Shown piece by piece: positions 47,532 through 56,770 of a DNA stretch of 64,000 nt. The notes below the pieces were generated by a model that worked only from the letters and a program-made list of their open reading frames with translations, did no database searches and had not been told where the DNA came from. The stretch covers positions 149 to 64,148 of the forward strand of contig JBBQHE010000002.1 in the NCBI GenBank assembly GCA_038323655.1, written 5' to 3'. Numbering within the stretch: position 1 is the first letter of the stretch; every line of letters begins with the position of its first letter. The position numbers were made by a program, and so were the translations under genes. The DNA is from Acetobacterales bacterium (GTDB lineage Bacteria > Pseudomonadota > Alphaproteobacteria > Acetobacterales > Acetobacteraceae).

Positions 47532-48473
47532 CTACAACCCCTGCGCGTTGACGTGCACGGCATAGAGCGACCGGCAGGCAGCCATGAACAGTCGGTTACG
47601 GTGCCGCCCGCCGAAAGTCACATTGGCGCATCGTTCCGGCAGGTGGATGTGCCCGATGGGATCGCCCGCGGGATTGAAGACCCGCACCCCGTCCAGCCCC
47701 GGCCCCATGCCCCAGCCGCACCAGAGGTTGCCCGCGGTATCGACGCGAAAGCCATCGGGCGAACAGCCCGGCGTGCCAGGAATGAAGGTCCGCGGCGACC
47801 CCAGGCGTTTTCCGTCCATCACATCGAATGCGAGCAGGCGGCGTGGCTCGGCTCGGCTCTCGACCAGGTACAGCACCGTCTCGTCGGGGTTGAAGGCCAG
47901 GCCGTTTGGTCCTGCCACGTCCTTGGCGACCAGGCTGACTGCACCGGTCGCGCCATCGATGCGATAGACGCCATGCGGCAGTTCGGGCGTTGCCTTGTCG
48001 CCCTCATAATTGGTGAGGATGCCGAAGGGCGGGTCGGTGAACCAGAGGCTGCCATCGGACTTCACCACCACGTCGTTGGGGCTGTTCAGGCGCTTGCCCT
48101 CGAACCGGTCGGCCAGGATGGTGATCGTCCCGTCGTGCTCCGTGCGGGTGACGCGGCGGTTGCCGTGTTCGCAAGTGACCAGGCGCCCCTCGCGGTCGAT
48201 GGTGTTGCCATTGGCGTGGCCGGAGGGCTTGCGGAAGATCGAGACCGTGCCGCCCTCCTCCTCCCAACGCAAAATCCGGTTGTTGGGGATGTCGGACCAC
48301 AACAGCGTGCGATGCGCGCCGAACCATGCCGGGCCCTCGCCCCAGGCGCCGCCGGTCCAGAGCCGCTCGACCGTGGCGTTCATCAACTGCATCGCGCCGA
48401 AAGAGGGGTGCAGGATCTCAAAGGCGCTGTCGGGGTAGCGGGCGGTCGGCTGGAACGGCGGGGCGTCGGGCAT
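47532..48473 (-). CDS. SMP-30/gluconolactonase/LRE family protein
   Basis: ..GEGPAW..LLWSDIPNNRI.., ..NGNT.D..GRL..CEH.., ..NSPNDVVV..DGSLWFTDP.., ..PNGLAF.. are six-blade propeller motifs. Confidence 0.85.
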   Translation of the reverse strand: MPDAPPFQPTARYPDSAFEILHPSFGAMQLMNATVERLWTGGAWGEGPAWFGAHRTLLWSDIPNNRILRWEEEGGTVSIFRKPSGHANGNTIDREGRLVTCEHGNRRVTRTEHDGTITILADRFEGKRLNSPNDVVVKSDGSLWFTDPPFGILTNYEGDKATPELPHGVYRIDGATGAVSLVAKDVAGPNGLAFNPDETVLYLVESRAEPRRLLAFDVMDGKRLGSPRTFIPGTPGCSPDGFRVDTAGNLWCGWGMGPGLDGVRVFNPAGDPIGHIHLPERCANVTFGGRHRNRLFMAACRSLYAVHVNAQGL

Positions 48474-48521
48474 GGGTTGGGGTCCTCCGGGGCGAAGCCT
48501 GCATGGCCGCGCTCGACTGCG

Positions 48522-49466
48522 CTACTGCCCCGGGTGCCATTGCTGGCCGGCGAATTGTTCGGGCACGACGACCCGCCCGCTGGCTACCTCCGCCCCCAGC
48601 GCAACCAGCCGGGTGCCAAGCGAACTCGCCACGTCTCCGGCCAGGGCCAGTGCCACCACCGGCGCATCGGCCAGCCCGGCGCGGCGATCAGCAAAGGCCC
48701 CGGCCAGGAAGGCTTCGACCGCCGCCTGTACGGCCCAACCGTTGTCGGCCACGGCCGAGGCCAGGAAGACCCCATCTCCCGGCAAGATTGCTGCCCTCGC
48801 CCCGCCGGGGGCCAGGACTGCAGGATCGGTCCAGTCCAGCACGTTGCCGATGGCCCGCGCCCCACCGGCCCGGAGCGCATCGGTCGCCCCCGACCGGCCG
48901 CCGTCCAGCATGGTGAATTGCACATCCGCCCCGGCCGCGATCTGGGCGGCCGTCCAGGCCCGTGCCAGCGCCGGGTCGTGCTGATTGCCGCAGAAACCGG
49001 TCAACAGCCGCGCATCCGGCCGCGCATGCGCCAGGCCCGCGGCAAAGGCCGCCCGTCCGCGCAAGCCTGGCGGCACCGGTTCGCCCGACAGGTGCCCGAC
49101 CACGCCCGACCGCGTCCACCACCCCGCAAGCGCCCCGGCCAGGAAGGCCGAATGTTCCTGCAGAACCTCGAAACACGCGATGCCGGGGCCTTCGATCCGC
49201 CCTTGGGTCAGGGCGAAGCAGACGGCGGGAAATTCTGGCGCGACCTCGGCCACCGCGGCCTCACCCTGGCCGCCATGGGCGATGACCAGATCGGCCGCCG
49301 CCGCTGCTGCGGCCAGCGTCGCCGTGCGCCGCGCGGGATCGGCCTGCCACAGCACTCGGGCGGTGATGGGATGCGCTGCGGCGGCGCGCGCCAGCCCGGC
49401 CTCACCCGCCGCATTGAACGACCCCGCACCAGGCTGGCCGAAGCAGACCAGGGCGACCCGCGCCAT
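48522..49466 (-). CDS. BMP (basic membrane protein / PnrA-Med-like) family protein lacking a signal peptide
   Basis: Layout ..SFNAAGEAGLARAA.., ..EHSAFLAGALAG..GVVGHLSG.P.P...., ..GADVQFTMLDG.. resembles BMP-family binding proteins. The N-terminus MARVALVCFGQPG has no leader or lipobox. Confidence 0.55.
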   Translation of the reverse strand: MARVALVCFGQPGAGSFNAAGEAGLARAAAAHPITARVLWQADPARRTATLAAAAAAADLVIAHGGQGEAAVAEVAPEFPAVCFALTQGRIEGPGIACFEVLQEHSAFLAGALAGWWTRSGVVGHLSGEPVPPGLRGRAAFAAGLAHARPDARLLTGFCGNQHDPALARAWTAAQIAAGADVQFTMLDGGRSGATDALRAGGARAIGNVLDWTDPAVLAPGGARAAILPGDGVFLASAVADNGWAVQAAVEAFLAGAFADRRAGLADAPVVALALAGDVASSLGTRLVALGAEVASGRVVVPEQFAGQQWHPGQ

Positions 49467-49471
49467 GGCCG

Positions 49472-50446
49472 CTACTCCGCTCGCAGCCCCATGGCGCGGA
49501 TCGCGCCACCGATTTCCCGCACCTGGTCGGCGACAAAGGCGGTGAAGGCAGCGGGCGTGGTGGGACGCGGCAGGATGCCGTGCTCCTCCATCCGCGCGAG
49601 CACGGCTGGGTCGGCCAGGGCGGCGATGGTGGCGGCGTTCAGCCTCTCCACGACGCCGGGCGGCAGGCCGGCGGGACCGGACAGGCCGAGCCAGTTTTCC
49701 GCGAGCAATCCGGGCATCCCGGCCTCGGCCACCGTCGGCAGGTTGGGCGCCATCGGCTGCCGCTGCGTGGCGGTGACGGCATAGGCGCGCAGACGGCCGT
49801 CGCGAATGTTTTCGATATTCTGCGGCAGCGTGTCGAAGGACAGCGGAATGGACCCGCCCAGCAGGTCCGCCTGCATCGGCGCCGATCCGCGATAGGGCAC
49901 ATGGGTCAGCCGCAGCCCGGTCTGGCGTTCGAACATGATGCCGACGATATGCGCGACGCTGCCGGCGCCTGAGGTGCCGAAGCCCGGGGGACTGGGCTGG
50001 GCCGCGATCCAGGCCCGCAAGCCCGCAAGGTCCGTCGCCGGCACCAGCGTGCGATTGGCGAGGATCACCAGCGGCACGGCGCCGAGGTAGGTGACATGGG
50101 TGAAGCCTGCCACGGGGTCATAGCTCACCGAGGGATAGAGTGGCGGCGAGGTCACGATCGGCGCCGTGTTGGACAGCATGATCGTATGACCATCGGGCGG
50201 CGCGGACGCGACCTGCGTCGCCCCCAGCGTGCCGCCGGCGCCTGGCCGGTTGTCCACCACGAAACGCCCGGTGAGGCGCTGCGAAAGCGCCTCGGCCAGC
50301 ACGCGGGCCACGATGTCGCTGCTGCCGCCAGGCGGGAAGACGACGACCAGGCGTACCGGTCGGCTGGGCCAGGTTGGCTGCGCCAAGGCGGACTGCACCC
50401 CCACAAGGCATAGGGCTGCGACAAGAGCGGGCAGAAAGCGGCGCAT
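49472..50446 (-). CDS. Bug family (TctC-like) substrate-binding protein
   Basis: ATG 50446 lies inside the 487-aa track ORF. Signal peptide MRRFLPALVAALCLVGVQSALAQ, then LVVVFPPGGSSD, DNRPGAGGTLG, HVPYRGSAPM. Confidence 0.9.
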   Translation of the reverse strand: MRRFLPALVAALCLVGVQSALAQPTWPSRPVRLVVVFPPGGSSDIVARVLAEALSQRLTGRFVVDNRPGAGGTLGATQVASAPPDGHTIMLSNTAPIVTSPPLYPSVSYDPVAGFTHVTYLGAVPLVILANRTLVPATDLAGLRAWIAAQPSPPGFGTSGAGSVAHIVGIMFERQTGLRLTHVPYRGSAPMQADLLGGSIPLSFDTLPQNIENIRDGRLRAYAVTATQRQPMAPNLPTVAEAGMPGLLAENWLGLSGPAGLPPGVVERLNAATIAALADPAVLARMEEHGILPRPTTPAAFTAFVADQVREIGGAIRAMGLRAE

Positions 50447-50775
50447 GACGGATTCCGGAACGGCGATGAACCGTGGTGGCAAGCGCCGGACCAGAGGGGT
50501 GCGTGAGCGACTGACCCATGCGTGGCCCTGGCGGGCGGCGGTGACAGGAATGCGGCCACCCGGGAAGCGGACGGATGGCCCAGGCAGATCGCCGGCCGGT
50601 ACTGCGTTCGCCCTCCGTAGGGCTCCTCCGGCAGCCCCGCCCGGGCGGCGAGGTATGGCGCGGCCGCCGCGAACTCTGGGTTGCTGCCATCGCGTCAGAC
50701 CAGACGGTTGATCGCTGGCGGCTGTATTGCTGCAATGCGCGCCGGGGGCCGTCTGTGCCTGCGATGGTGTCGTTG

Positions 50776-51513
50776 TCAGATCACGCTGCAAAGACGTCCC
50801 CAGCCCTGCGGCCGCGCCGCCACCCCCGCCGTCGCCAACCCGCCCAAGATCCCCAGCGTGGTTGCATCCCACAGTGGCAGACCCGTCTCGGCCTCGACCT
50901 CTGCCGCCAGCGGCGCAGCCGGGTAGTTGGTGCACCAGGACAGCAGGATATCGGGCCGCCCCGACGCCAGCGACCGCGCCTGGCTCAGGATCGTCCCATA
51001 CGGGACCGAGGCGTAGGAGAGGTTGTCGCTCATGCCCAGATGCCGGGTCGCCACCACCGGTACGCCCTGGCCGTTCAGCCTTTCGGCCAGGCGGGCGGTA
51101 TAGGCCTCGGTATAGGGCGTCAGCAGCCCGATGGCCTGCACGCCCGCCGCCGCCAGCGCGCGCAGCAGTGCCAGGCCCGAGGTATCGGCGGGGATGCCGG
51201 TCGCCTCCCCGATCCGCGCCACCAGGTCGCGGTCATGGTCCAGGCCGATGCCGCCGCCCTTGCTGCCGTTCCAGATGATTGCATCGGGCTTGGCGTGGGA
51301 CAGCAGGGTCGCGGCCTGCATCATCGCGTCGATGTTGTAGCTGTCGGGGAAGGGGTCGCGGTCGCCGTGCACCGGGATGCGGGCGAAGATGGCCGCGGCC
51401 TGCGGCAGGTCGCGCAGCATCGCCAGCGTCGTGCGCTCCACGACGGTATTTGCCGAAGGCGTGATCGTGCCGATCACGCGCGGGTTCGGGGGTAGCAAGC
51501 TGGCAGCGGTCAT
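50776..51513 (-). CDS. Asp/Glu/hydantoin racemase superfamily protein (maleate isomerase / arylmalonate decarboxylase-like)
   Basis: ATG 51513 (MTAASLLPPNPRVIGTITPSANTVVE..), ..GLLTPY.., ..ILLSWCTNYP... Confidence 0.7.
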   Translation of the reverse strand: MTAASLLPPNPRVIGTITPSANTVVERTTLAMLRDLPQAAAIFARIPVHGDRDPFPDSYNIDAMMQAATLLSHAKPDAIIWNGSKGGGIGLDHDRDLVARIGEATGIPADTSGLALLRALAAAGVQAIGLLTPYTEAYTARLAERLNGQGVPVVATRHLGMSDNLSYASVPYGTILSQARSLASGRPDILLSWCTNYPAAPLAAEVEAETGLPLWDATTLGILGGLATAGVAARPQGWGRLCSVI

Positions 51514-51575
51514 GCCGGGCAGGCTGGCAAGATGTGCTGTCTTCGTCCATCCATGTCGCTTGGGAGAGTGACGAC

Positions 51576-52205
51576 ATGGCCGAAACCACCCTGTCCCCAC
51601 GCGCGGCGGCGACGCGGCAGCGCATCCTGGATGCCGCCCTGGTCGAATTCGCCGCCAATGGCCTGGCCGGCGCGCGGGTGGATGAGATCGCGGCCCGGGC
51701 CGATGCCAACAAGCGCATGATCTACGCCCATTTCGGCAGCAAGGAGGAGTTGTGGCTGGCCGTCCTGGAAACGGCCTACGCCCAAAAGCGCTGCGAGGAA
51801 CACGCGCTGGAAACCGTCAACCTGTCGCCCGAGGCGGCCATGCGCGCGCTGGTGCGCTTCAACCTGCGCTACACCGCGGCCCATCCGGAATTTGTCGCCC
51901 TGCTGAACCAGGAGAACATCCACCGCGCCGCCTATCTCAAGCGCAGCGCCGAGGTACCTGCCCTGTATTCGCCGCTGCTGGCGGCGCTCGGCGCCGTGCT
52001 GGAACGCGGTCAGGCGGCGGGGGTGTTCCGGTCGGGCGTGGATGCCATGCAGCTTTACGTCTCGATCCTGGCGCTGGGACATTTCTACATCGCCAACCGG
52101 CACACGCTGTCCACCATATTCGGCGCGGCGCTGACGACCGAGGCCGCGCTGGCCGCGCGGGAAGCGCATTGCGAGGCGGTGGTGCTGGGCTACCTGCGCC
52201 CTTGA
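51576..52205 (+). CDS. TetR/AcrR family transcriptional regulator
   Basis: ATG 51576. HTH ..TRQRILDAALVEFAANGLAGARVDEIAARADANKRMIYAHFGSKEELW... Confidence 0.85.
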   Translation: MAETTLSPRAAATRQRILDAALVEFAANGLAGARVDEIAARADANKRMIYAHFGSKEELWLAVLETAYAQKRCEEHALETVNLSPEAAMRALVRFNLRYTAAHPEFVALLNQENIHRAAYLKRSAEVPALYSPLLAALGAVLERGQAAGVFRSGVDAMQLYVSILALGHFYIANRHTLSTIFGAALTTEAALAAREAHCEAVVLGYLRP

Positions 52206-52223
52206 CGCGGCGTTGGCCGGTCC

Positions 52224-52241
52224 GGTAACTGTCTGGTTACC
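52224..52241. promoter_or_regulatory. Inverted repeat GGTAAC-N6-GTTACC between the TetR gene and the Gfo/Idh/MocA gene
   Basis: Read directly; 6-bp arms located 16 nt upstream of the 52257 ATG, just before the GGGAG RBS. It could be an operator or a weak hairpin. Confidence 0.3.
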
Positions 52242-52256
52242 AAATGGGAGAACACC

Positions 52257-53411
52257 ATGGCGGAACGCCGCATCGGGCTCATCATGAACGGCGTGACCGA
52301 CCGGATGGGGATGAACCAGCATCTGATCCGGTCCATCGCCGCGATCCGCGCCGATGGCGGCGTGCCCTTGGCCAATGGCGACCGGCTGATGCCCGACCCG
52401 GTGATCGTCGGCCGCAACCGCGACAAGCTGGACGCCCTGGCCCTTGCGCATGGCGTCGGCCGCGTCAGCACCGACCTCGACGCCTGCCTGGCCAATCCTG
52501 ACGACGCGATCTTCTTCGACGCAGCGACGACGCAGATGCGCGGCGGGCTGATCCGAAAGGCCATCGCCGCCGGCAAGCACATCTATTGCGAGAAGCCGAC
52601 CTCGGACAACCTGGCCGAGGCGCTGGACCTGGCCCGCATCGCCAAGGCCGCCGGCATCAAGCACGGCGTGGTGCAGGACAAGCTGTTCCTGCCAGGCTTG
52701 CGCAAGCTGAAGATGGCGATCGACAGCGGGTTCTTCGGCCGCATCACCAGCGTGAAGGGCGACTTCGGCTACTGGGTATTCGAGGGCGACCTGCAACCCG
52801 CGCAGCGCCCCTCCTGGAACTACAAGAAGAATGAGGGCGGCGGCATCATCCTCGATATGCTCTGTCACTGGCGTTATGTGCTGGACAACCTTTTTGGCGA
52901 AGTCCGCAGCGTGTCCTGCCTGGGGGCCACGCATATCCCAGAGCGCATTGGCGAAGACGGCAAGCCCTATGTCGCCGATAGCGACGATGCGGCCTATGCC
53001 ACTTTCCAACTGGAAGGCGGGGTGATCGCGCACATCAACTCCTCCTGGGTCACGCGCGTGCGGCGCGACGATCTGGTGACCTTCCAGGTCGACGGCACGC
53101 ATGGCAGCGCCGTCTGCGGCTTGCAGAAATGCTGGACGCAGTCCCGCGTGAACACGCCCAAGCCCGTCTGGAACCCCGACGTGCCGCAGCCGATCGATTT
53201 TTTCGCCGGCTGGCAGGAAATCCCGGACACGCAGCCCTATCCCAATGGCTTTCGCGTGCAGTGGGAGTTGTTCCTGCGATACGTCGCCGGCGACGTCGCG
53301 ACCTACCCCTGGGATCTGCTGGCCGGCGCCCGCGGCGTGCAACTGGCCGAGGCCGGGCTACGGTCCTGGGCCGAACGCCGCTGGATCGACCTGCCGGAGC
53401 TGACTGTCTGA
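52257..53411 (+). CDS. Gfo/Idh/MocA family oxidoreductase
   Basis: N-terminal Rossmann IGLIMNGVTDRMG.., ..YCEKP.. motif, and a C-terminal alpha/beta dimerisation domain. Confidence 0.85.
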   Translation: MAERRIGLIMNGVTDRMGMNQHLIRSIAAIRADGGVPLANGDRLMPDPVIVGRNRDKLDALALAHGVGRVSTDLDACLANPDDAIFFDAATTQMRGGLIRKAIAAGKHIYCEKPTSDNLAEALDLARIAKAAGIKHGVVQDKLFLPGLRKLKMAIDSGFFGRITSVKGDFGYWVFEGDLQPAQRPSWNYKKNEGGGIILDMLCHWRYVLDNLFGEVRSVSCLGATHIPERIGEDGKPYVADSDDAAYATFQLEGGVIAHINSSWVTRVRRDDLVTFQVDGTHGSAVCGLQKCWTQSRVNTPKPVWNPDVPQPIDFFAGWQEIPDTQPYPNGFRVQWELFLRYVAGDVATYPWDLLAGARGVQLAEAGLRSWAERRWIDLPELTV

Positions 53412-54568
53412 TGCCGACCATCGCCCTGCCCGTGACGGGGGGCCTCGCGCCCTTCACCACCAGCCCGCCGCGCGTCTTTGCCAAGGCGACCCCGCCCTTT
53501 CCGCGCATCGCCTTCGCCGCCGCGCATGTCGTGCCCGATGTGATGGCGGAACAGGACCCCTGGCTCGATGCAAAAATCGACTGGGACCGCACCATCGCCT
53601 TCCGCCGTCATCTCTGGTCGCTGGGGCTCGGCGTGGCCGAGGCGATGGACACGGCGCAGCGCGGCATGGGGCTCGACTGGACGGCGGCGCAGGAGCTGAT
53701 CCGGCGCTCGCTCGATGCCATGCAGGATTTTCCTGATGCGACCATGGCCTCGGGCGCGGGGACGGATCACCTGGCGCCCGGGCCCGATGTGACCGTGGAT
53801 GACGTCATCCGCGCCTATGAGGAACAATGCGAAGCGGTCGAGGCGATGGGCGGCCGCATCATCCTGATGGCCTCGCGCGCGCTGGCGAAAGCCGCCAGAT
53901 CCCCCGCTGACTATGAACGCGTCTATGCGCGCATCCTCGGTCAGGTGCGGCAGCCGGTCATCATCCATTGGCTGGGGGAGATGTTCGACCCCGCGCTGGA
54001 AGGCTATTGGGGCAATCACGACCATATGGCGGCAATGGACACGGCGCTGACGGTCATCCACGCCCATGCCGACAAGGTCGATGGGGTAAAGGTGTCGCTG
54101 TTGGACGACGCCAAGGAAATCTCGATGCGGCGCCGCCTGCCGCGCGGCGTGCGGATGTATACGGGCGATGACTTCAACTACGCCGAGCTGATCGCGGGTG
54201 ACGCGCAGGGCTATTCTGACGCACTGCTCGGCATCTTCGACCCCATCGCCCCTGCGGTTGGCGGCGCGCTGGCGGCCCTGTCGCGCAATGACCTGGCGAC
54301 CTTCCACGACATCCTGGCACCCACCGTGCCGCTGTCGCGCCACATTTTCGCAGCGCCCACGCGCTTCTACAAAACCGGTGTCGTATTCATGGCCTGGCTG
54401 AATGGCCACCAGGACCACTTTGTCATGGTCGGCGGGCAGCAGAGCACGCGCAGCATCCAGCATTTTTCCGAACTCTTCCGTCTGGCCGATGCGGCGGGGC
54501 TACTGAGCGACCCCGACAGGGCGGTGGCGCGCATGCGTTCGCTGCTCGCGGTGCATGGCATCGGCTGA
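53411..54568 (+). CDS. DUF993 family protein (DHDPS/TIM-barrel-like)
   Basis: The ATG at 53411 shares one base with the upstream stop (TGATG). ..IAFAAAHVVPD.., ..DWDRTIAFRRHLWSLGLGVAEAMDTAQRGMGLDW.. is the DUF993 signature as I recall it. Confidence 0.65.
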   Translation: MPTIALPVTGGLAPFTTSPPRVFAKATPPFPRIAFAAAHVVPDVMAEQDPWLDAKIDWDRTIAFRRHLWSLGLGVAEAMDTAQRGMGLDWTAAQELIRRSLDAMQDFPDATMASGAGTDHLAPGPDVTVDDVIRAYEEQCEAVEAMGGRIILMASRALAKAARSPADYERVYARILGQVRQPVIIHWLGEMFDPALEGYWGNHDHMAAMDTALTVIHAHADKVDGVKVSLLDDAKEISMRRRLPRGVRMYTGDDFNYAELIAGDAQGYSDALLGIFDPIAPAVGGALAALSRNDLATFHDILAPTVPLSRHIFAAPTRFYKTGVVFMAWLNGHQDHFVMVGGQQSTRSIQHFSELFRLADAAGLLSDPDRAVARMRSLLAVHGIG

Positions 54569-55377
54569 TGTTCCCGCTGTCGCTGAACACCGTCACGGTA
54601 AAGGAACGCTGGGGCCTGGCGGACTGCATCGAAGGCTGCGCGCGGCACGGGATCCCTGGCATTTCGCCCTGGCGTGATGTCCTGGCCGCCATGGGGGTGC
54701 AATCCGCGGCGAAGCACATGCGTGACGCCGGGCTGACCGTCTCCGGCCTGTGCCGCGGCGGCATGTTCCCGGCCGCCGATGCGGCAGGCCGGGCCACCGC
54801 CATCGAGGACAATCGCCGCGCCATCGCCGAGGCCCATGCCCTCGGTGCCACATGCCTCGTCATGGTCTGCGGCGGTCTGCCGCCCGGGTCGCGTGACCTG
54901 CCCGGCGCGAGGCAGATGGTGGCCGATGGCCTGGCGGCGATCCTGCCCGACGCCCGTGCCGCCGGGGTGACCCTGGCGCTGGAACCGCTGCATCCGATGA
55001 CCTGCGCCGATCGCAGCGTCCTCTCCACCTTGGCCCAGGCGCTCGATCTTTGCGACGCGCTGGGGGCTGGCACGGGGGTGGCGGTCGATGCCTATCACGT
55101 CTGGTGGGACCCGAATCTGGCGCGCGACATGGCCCGCGCGGGGTCGCGCATCGCCGGCTTGCATATCTGCGACTGGCTGGTGCCGACGACCGATCTTGTC
55201 TTCGATCGCGGCATGCCGGGCGACGGGGTGATCGACCTGGCCGGCTTCTGCGCCCTGGCGCGGGATGCGGGCTATGCCGGGCTGGTCGAGGTGGAGTTGC
55301 TGTCGCGTCGCTGGTGGGCGGAAGACCCCGATGCGGTGCTGCGGCTGATGCGGGAACGCCACGCCGCCATTGGCTGA
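54568..55377 (+). CDS. Sugar phosphate isomerase/epimerase (xylose-isomerase-like TIM barrel)
   Basis: One-base start/stop overlap (TGATG). ..LALEPLHP.., ..VDAYHVWWD.., ..VEVE.. follow the AP-endonuclease-2/xylose-isomerase-like barrel pattern. Confidence 0.8.
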   Translation: MFPLSLNTVTVKERWGLADCIEGCARHGIPGISPWRDVLAAMGVQSAAKHMRDAGLTVSGLCRGGMFPAADAAGRATAIEDNRRAIAEAHALGATCLVMVCGGLPPGSRDLPGARQMVADGLAAILPDARAAGVTLALEPLHPMTCADRSVLSTLAQALDLCDALGAGTGVAVDAYHVWWDPNLARDMARAGSRIAGLHICDWLVPTTDLVFDRGMPGDGVIDLAGFCALARDAGYAGLVEVELLSRRWWAEDPDAVLRLMRERHAAIG

Positions 55378-55400
55378 ACCAAACGGGAGGAAACAAGAAA

Positions 55401-56369
55401 ATGATCCAGCGCCGCAGCCTGATCCTGGGCAGTCTTGCCCTGCCCGCCATCGCGCATGCGCAAGCGACCTGGGCGCCATCCCGCCCGATGCGCTTCGTGG
55501 TGCCCTTCCCCGCCGGGGGGGCGACCGATATCGTCGCCCGCGTCATGGCCGAACGCCTTACCGAAAAGTTCGGCCAGCCCGTGGTGGTGGAAAACCGCAC
55601 CGGCGCCGGCGGCAACATCGGCGTGGAGGCCGTGGTCCGCAGCCCGCCCGATGGCCACACCATCCTGATGGGCACGACCGGCACGATGACCATCAACCCG
55701 CATCTTTACGCCAGCATGGGTTTTTCGCCCGCGACAGATCTGGCCCCCGTCTCCCTGGCCTTCACCACCGACAGCGTGCTGATCGTGAACCCCGCCGTGC
55801 CGGCCCAGACGGCGGCGGAATTTCTCGCCCTGGCCCGCGCCCGGCCGGGCGGGTTGTCCTACGGCAGCGCGGGGGCCGGCAGCAGCACGCATATGGTCGT
55901 GGAACTGTTTCGCCTGGTCGCGGGGATCGAGGTGCAGCACGTCCCCTACCGCGGCAGCGCACCCGCGCTGAACGACACGGTCGCGGGCACGGTGCAGTTC
56001 ATGATGGCCCTGGTGCCCTCGGCCCTTGGGCAGATCCAGGGTGGGCGGGTGCGGGCGCTGGTGGTGACCGGCCCGCGCCGGTCACGGCTGCTCCCCGACG
56101 TGCCGACCATGGCCGAGATCGGCCTGCCTGCGGCGGAATCCACGTCCTGGGGCGCAGTGATGGCGCCCGCCGGTACGCCGGCGGCCGCCATCGCCGCCCT
56201 TTCGGCCGCCTGTGCCGAGGTGCTGGCCCAGCCCGCGGTGCAGGAACGGCTGGCGACGGCGGGTGCGGATGGCGTCGCCTCCAGCCCCGCGCAACTGGCC
56301 GCCTTCATGGTCAGCGAAAGCGCCAAATGGGGTCGTGTGGTGCGCGAGGCGCGGATTGTCGTGAACTGA
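55401..56369 (+). CDS. Bug family (TctC-like) substrate-binding protein
   Basis: ATG 55401 follows GGGAGGAAA. Signal peptide MIQRRSLILGSLALPAIAHAQ, then FVVPFPAGGATD, ENRTGAGGNIG, HVPYRGSAPA. Confidence 0.9.
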   Translation: MIQRRSLILGSLALPAIAHAQATWAPSRPMRFVVPFPAGGATDIVARVMAERLTEKFGQPVVVENRTGAGGNIGVEAVVRSPPDGHTILMGTTGTMTINPHLYASMGFSPATDLAPVSLAFTTDSVLIVNPAVPAQTAAEFLALARARPGGLSYGSAGAGSSTHMVVELFRLVAGIEVQHVPYRGSAPALNDTVAGTVQFMMALVPSALGQIQGGRVRALVVTGPRRSRLLPDVPTMAEIGLPAAESTSWGAVMAPAGTPAAAIAALSAACAEVLAQPAVQERLATAGADGVASSPAQLAAFMVSESAKWGRVVREARIVVN

Positions 56370-56415
56370 GCCGGGCGGCGGGCCTGCCCGCTGTGAACCG
56401 GCCTTGTGCCGGAGG

Positions 56416-56721
56416 TCAGGCGCCCGCCAGGCGCATCAGCCAAAGCACCCCGACACCCGCCACTGTGGAGGCCGCGAAGTTTCGGGTTTTGGCCTGCACG
56501 GCGATGCAGGCGGCGCCCGCGGCCCAGGCGGCGGGGCCGCCAAGGGCCAGGCCGGGCGCTGCATAGGCCACGAAGATGCAGCCCGGCAGGTAGTGCAGCA
56601 AACGCTCCAGAAAGGGTGGCGGGCGGATGGCCCGCAGGATGGCATAGCCACCGGCGCGGCAGAGGTAGGTGACCGCGGCCATGCCCAGGATGGCGATCAC
56701 GACGTCGGCGCGCATCTCCAT
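56416..56721 (-). CDS. azlD: AzlD family branched-chain amino acid transport protein
   Basis: ATG 56721 (MEMRADVVIAILGMAAVTYLCRAGGY..). About 100 aa with 3-4 TM helices, immediately downstream of azlC. Confidence 0.7.
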   Translation of the reverse strand: MEMRADVVIAILGMAAVTYLCRAGGYAILRAIRPPPFLERLLHYLPGCIFVAYAAPGLALGGPAAWAAGAACIAVQAKTRNFAASTVAGVGVLWLMRLAGA

Positions 56722-56770
56722 CAGGCAAGGCCCGGTGCGGTACGGACACGCCTGGTCATGGCCCTGCCCG

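Noticed and set aside
47367-49784. 805-aa plus-strand ORF
   Set aside because: It is antisense to rfbB, the gluconolactonase, the BMP-like gene and a Bug gene, and has no motif.
51510-53342. 610-aa minus-strand ORF
   Set aside because: It is antisense to the TetR and Gfo/Idh/MocA genes.
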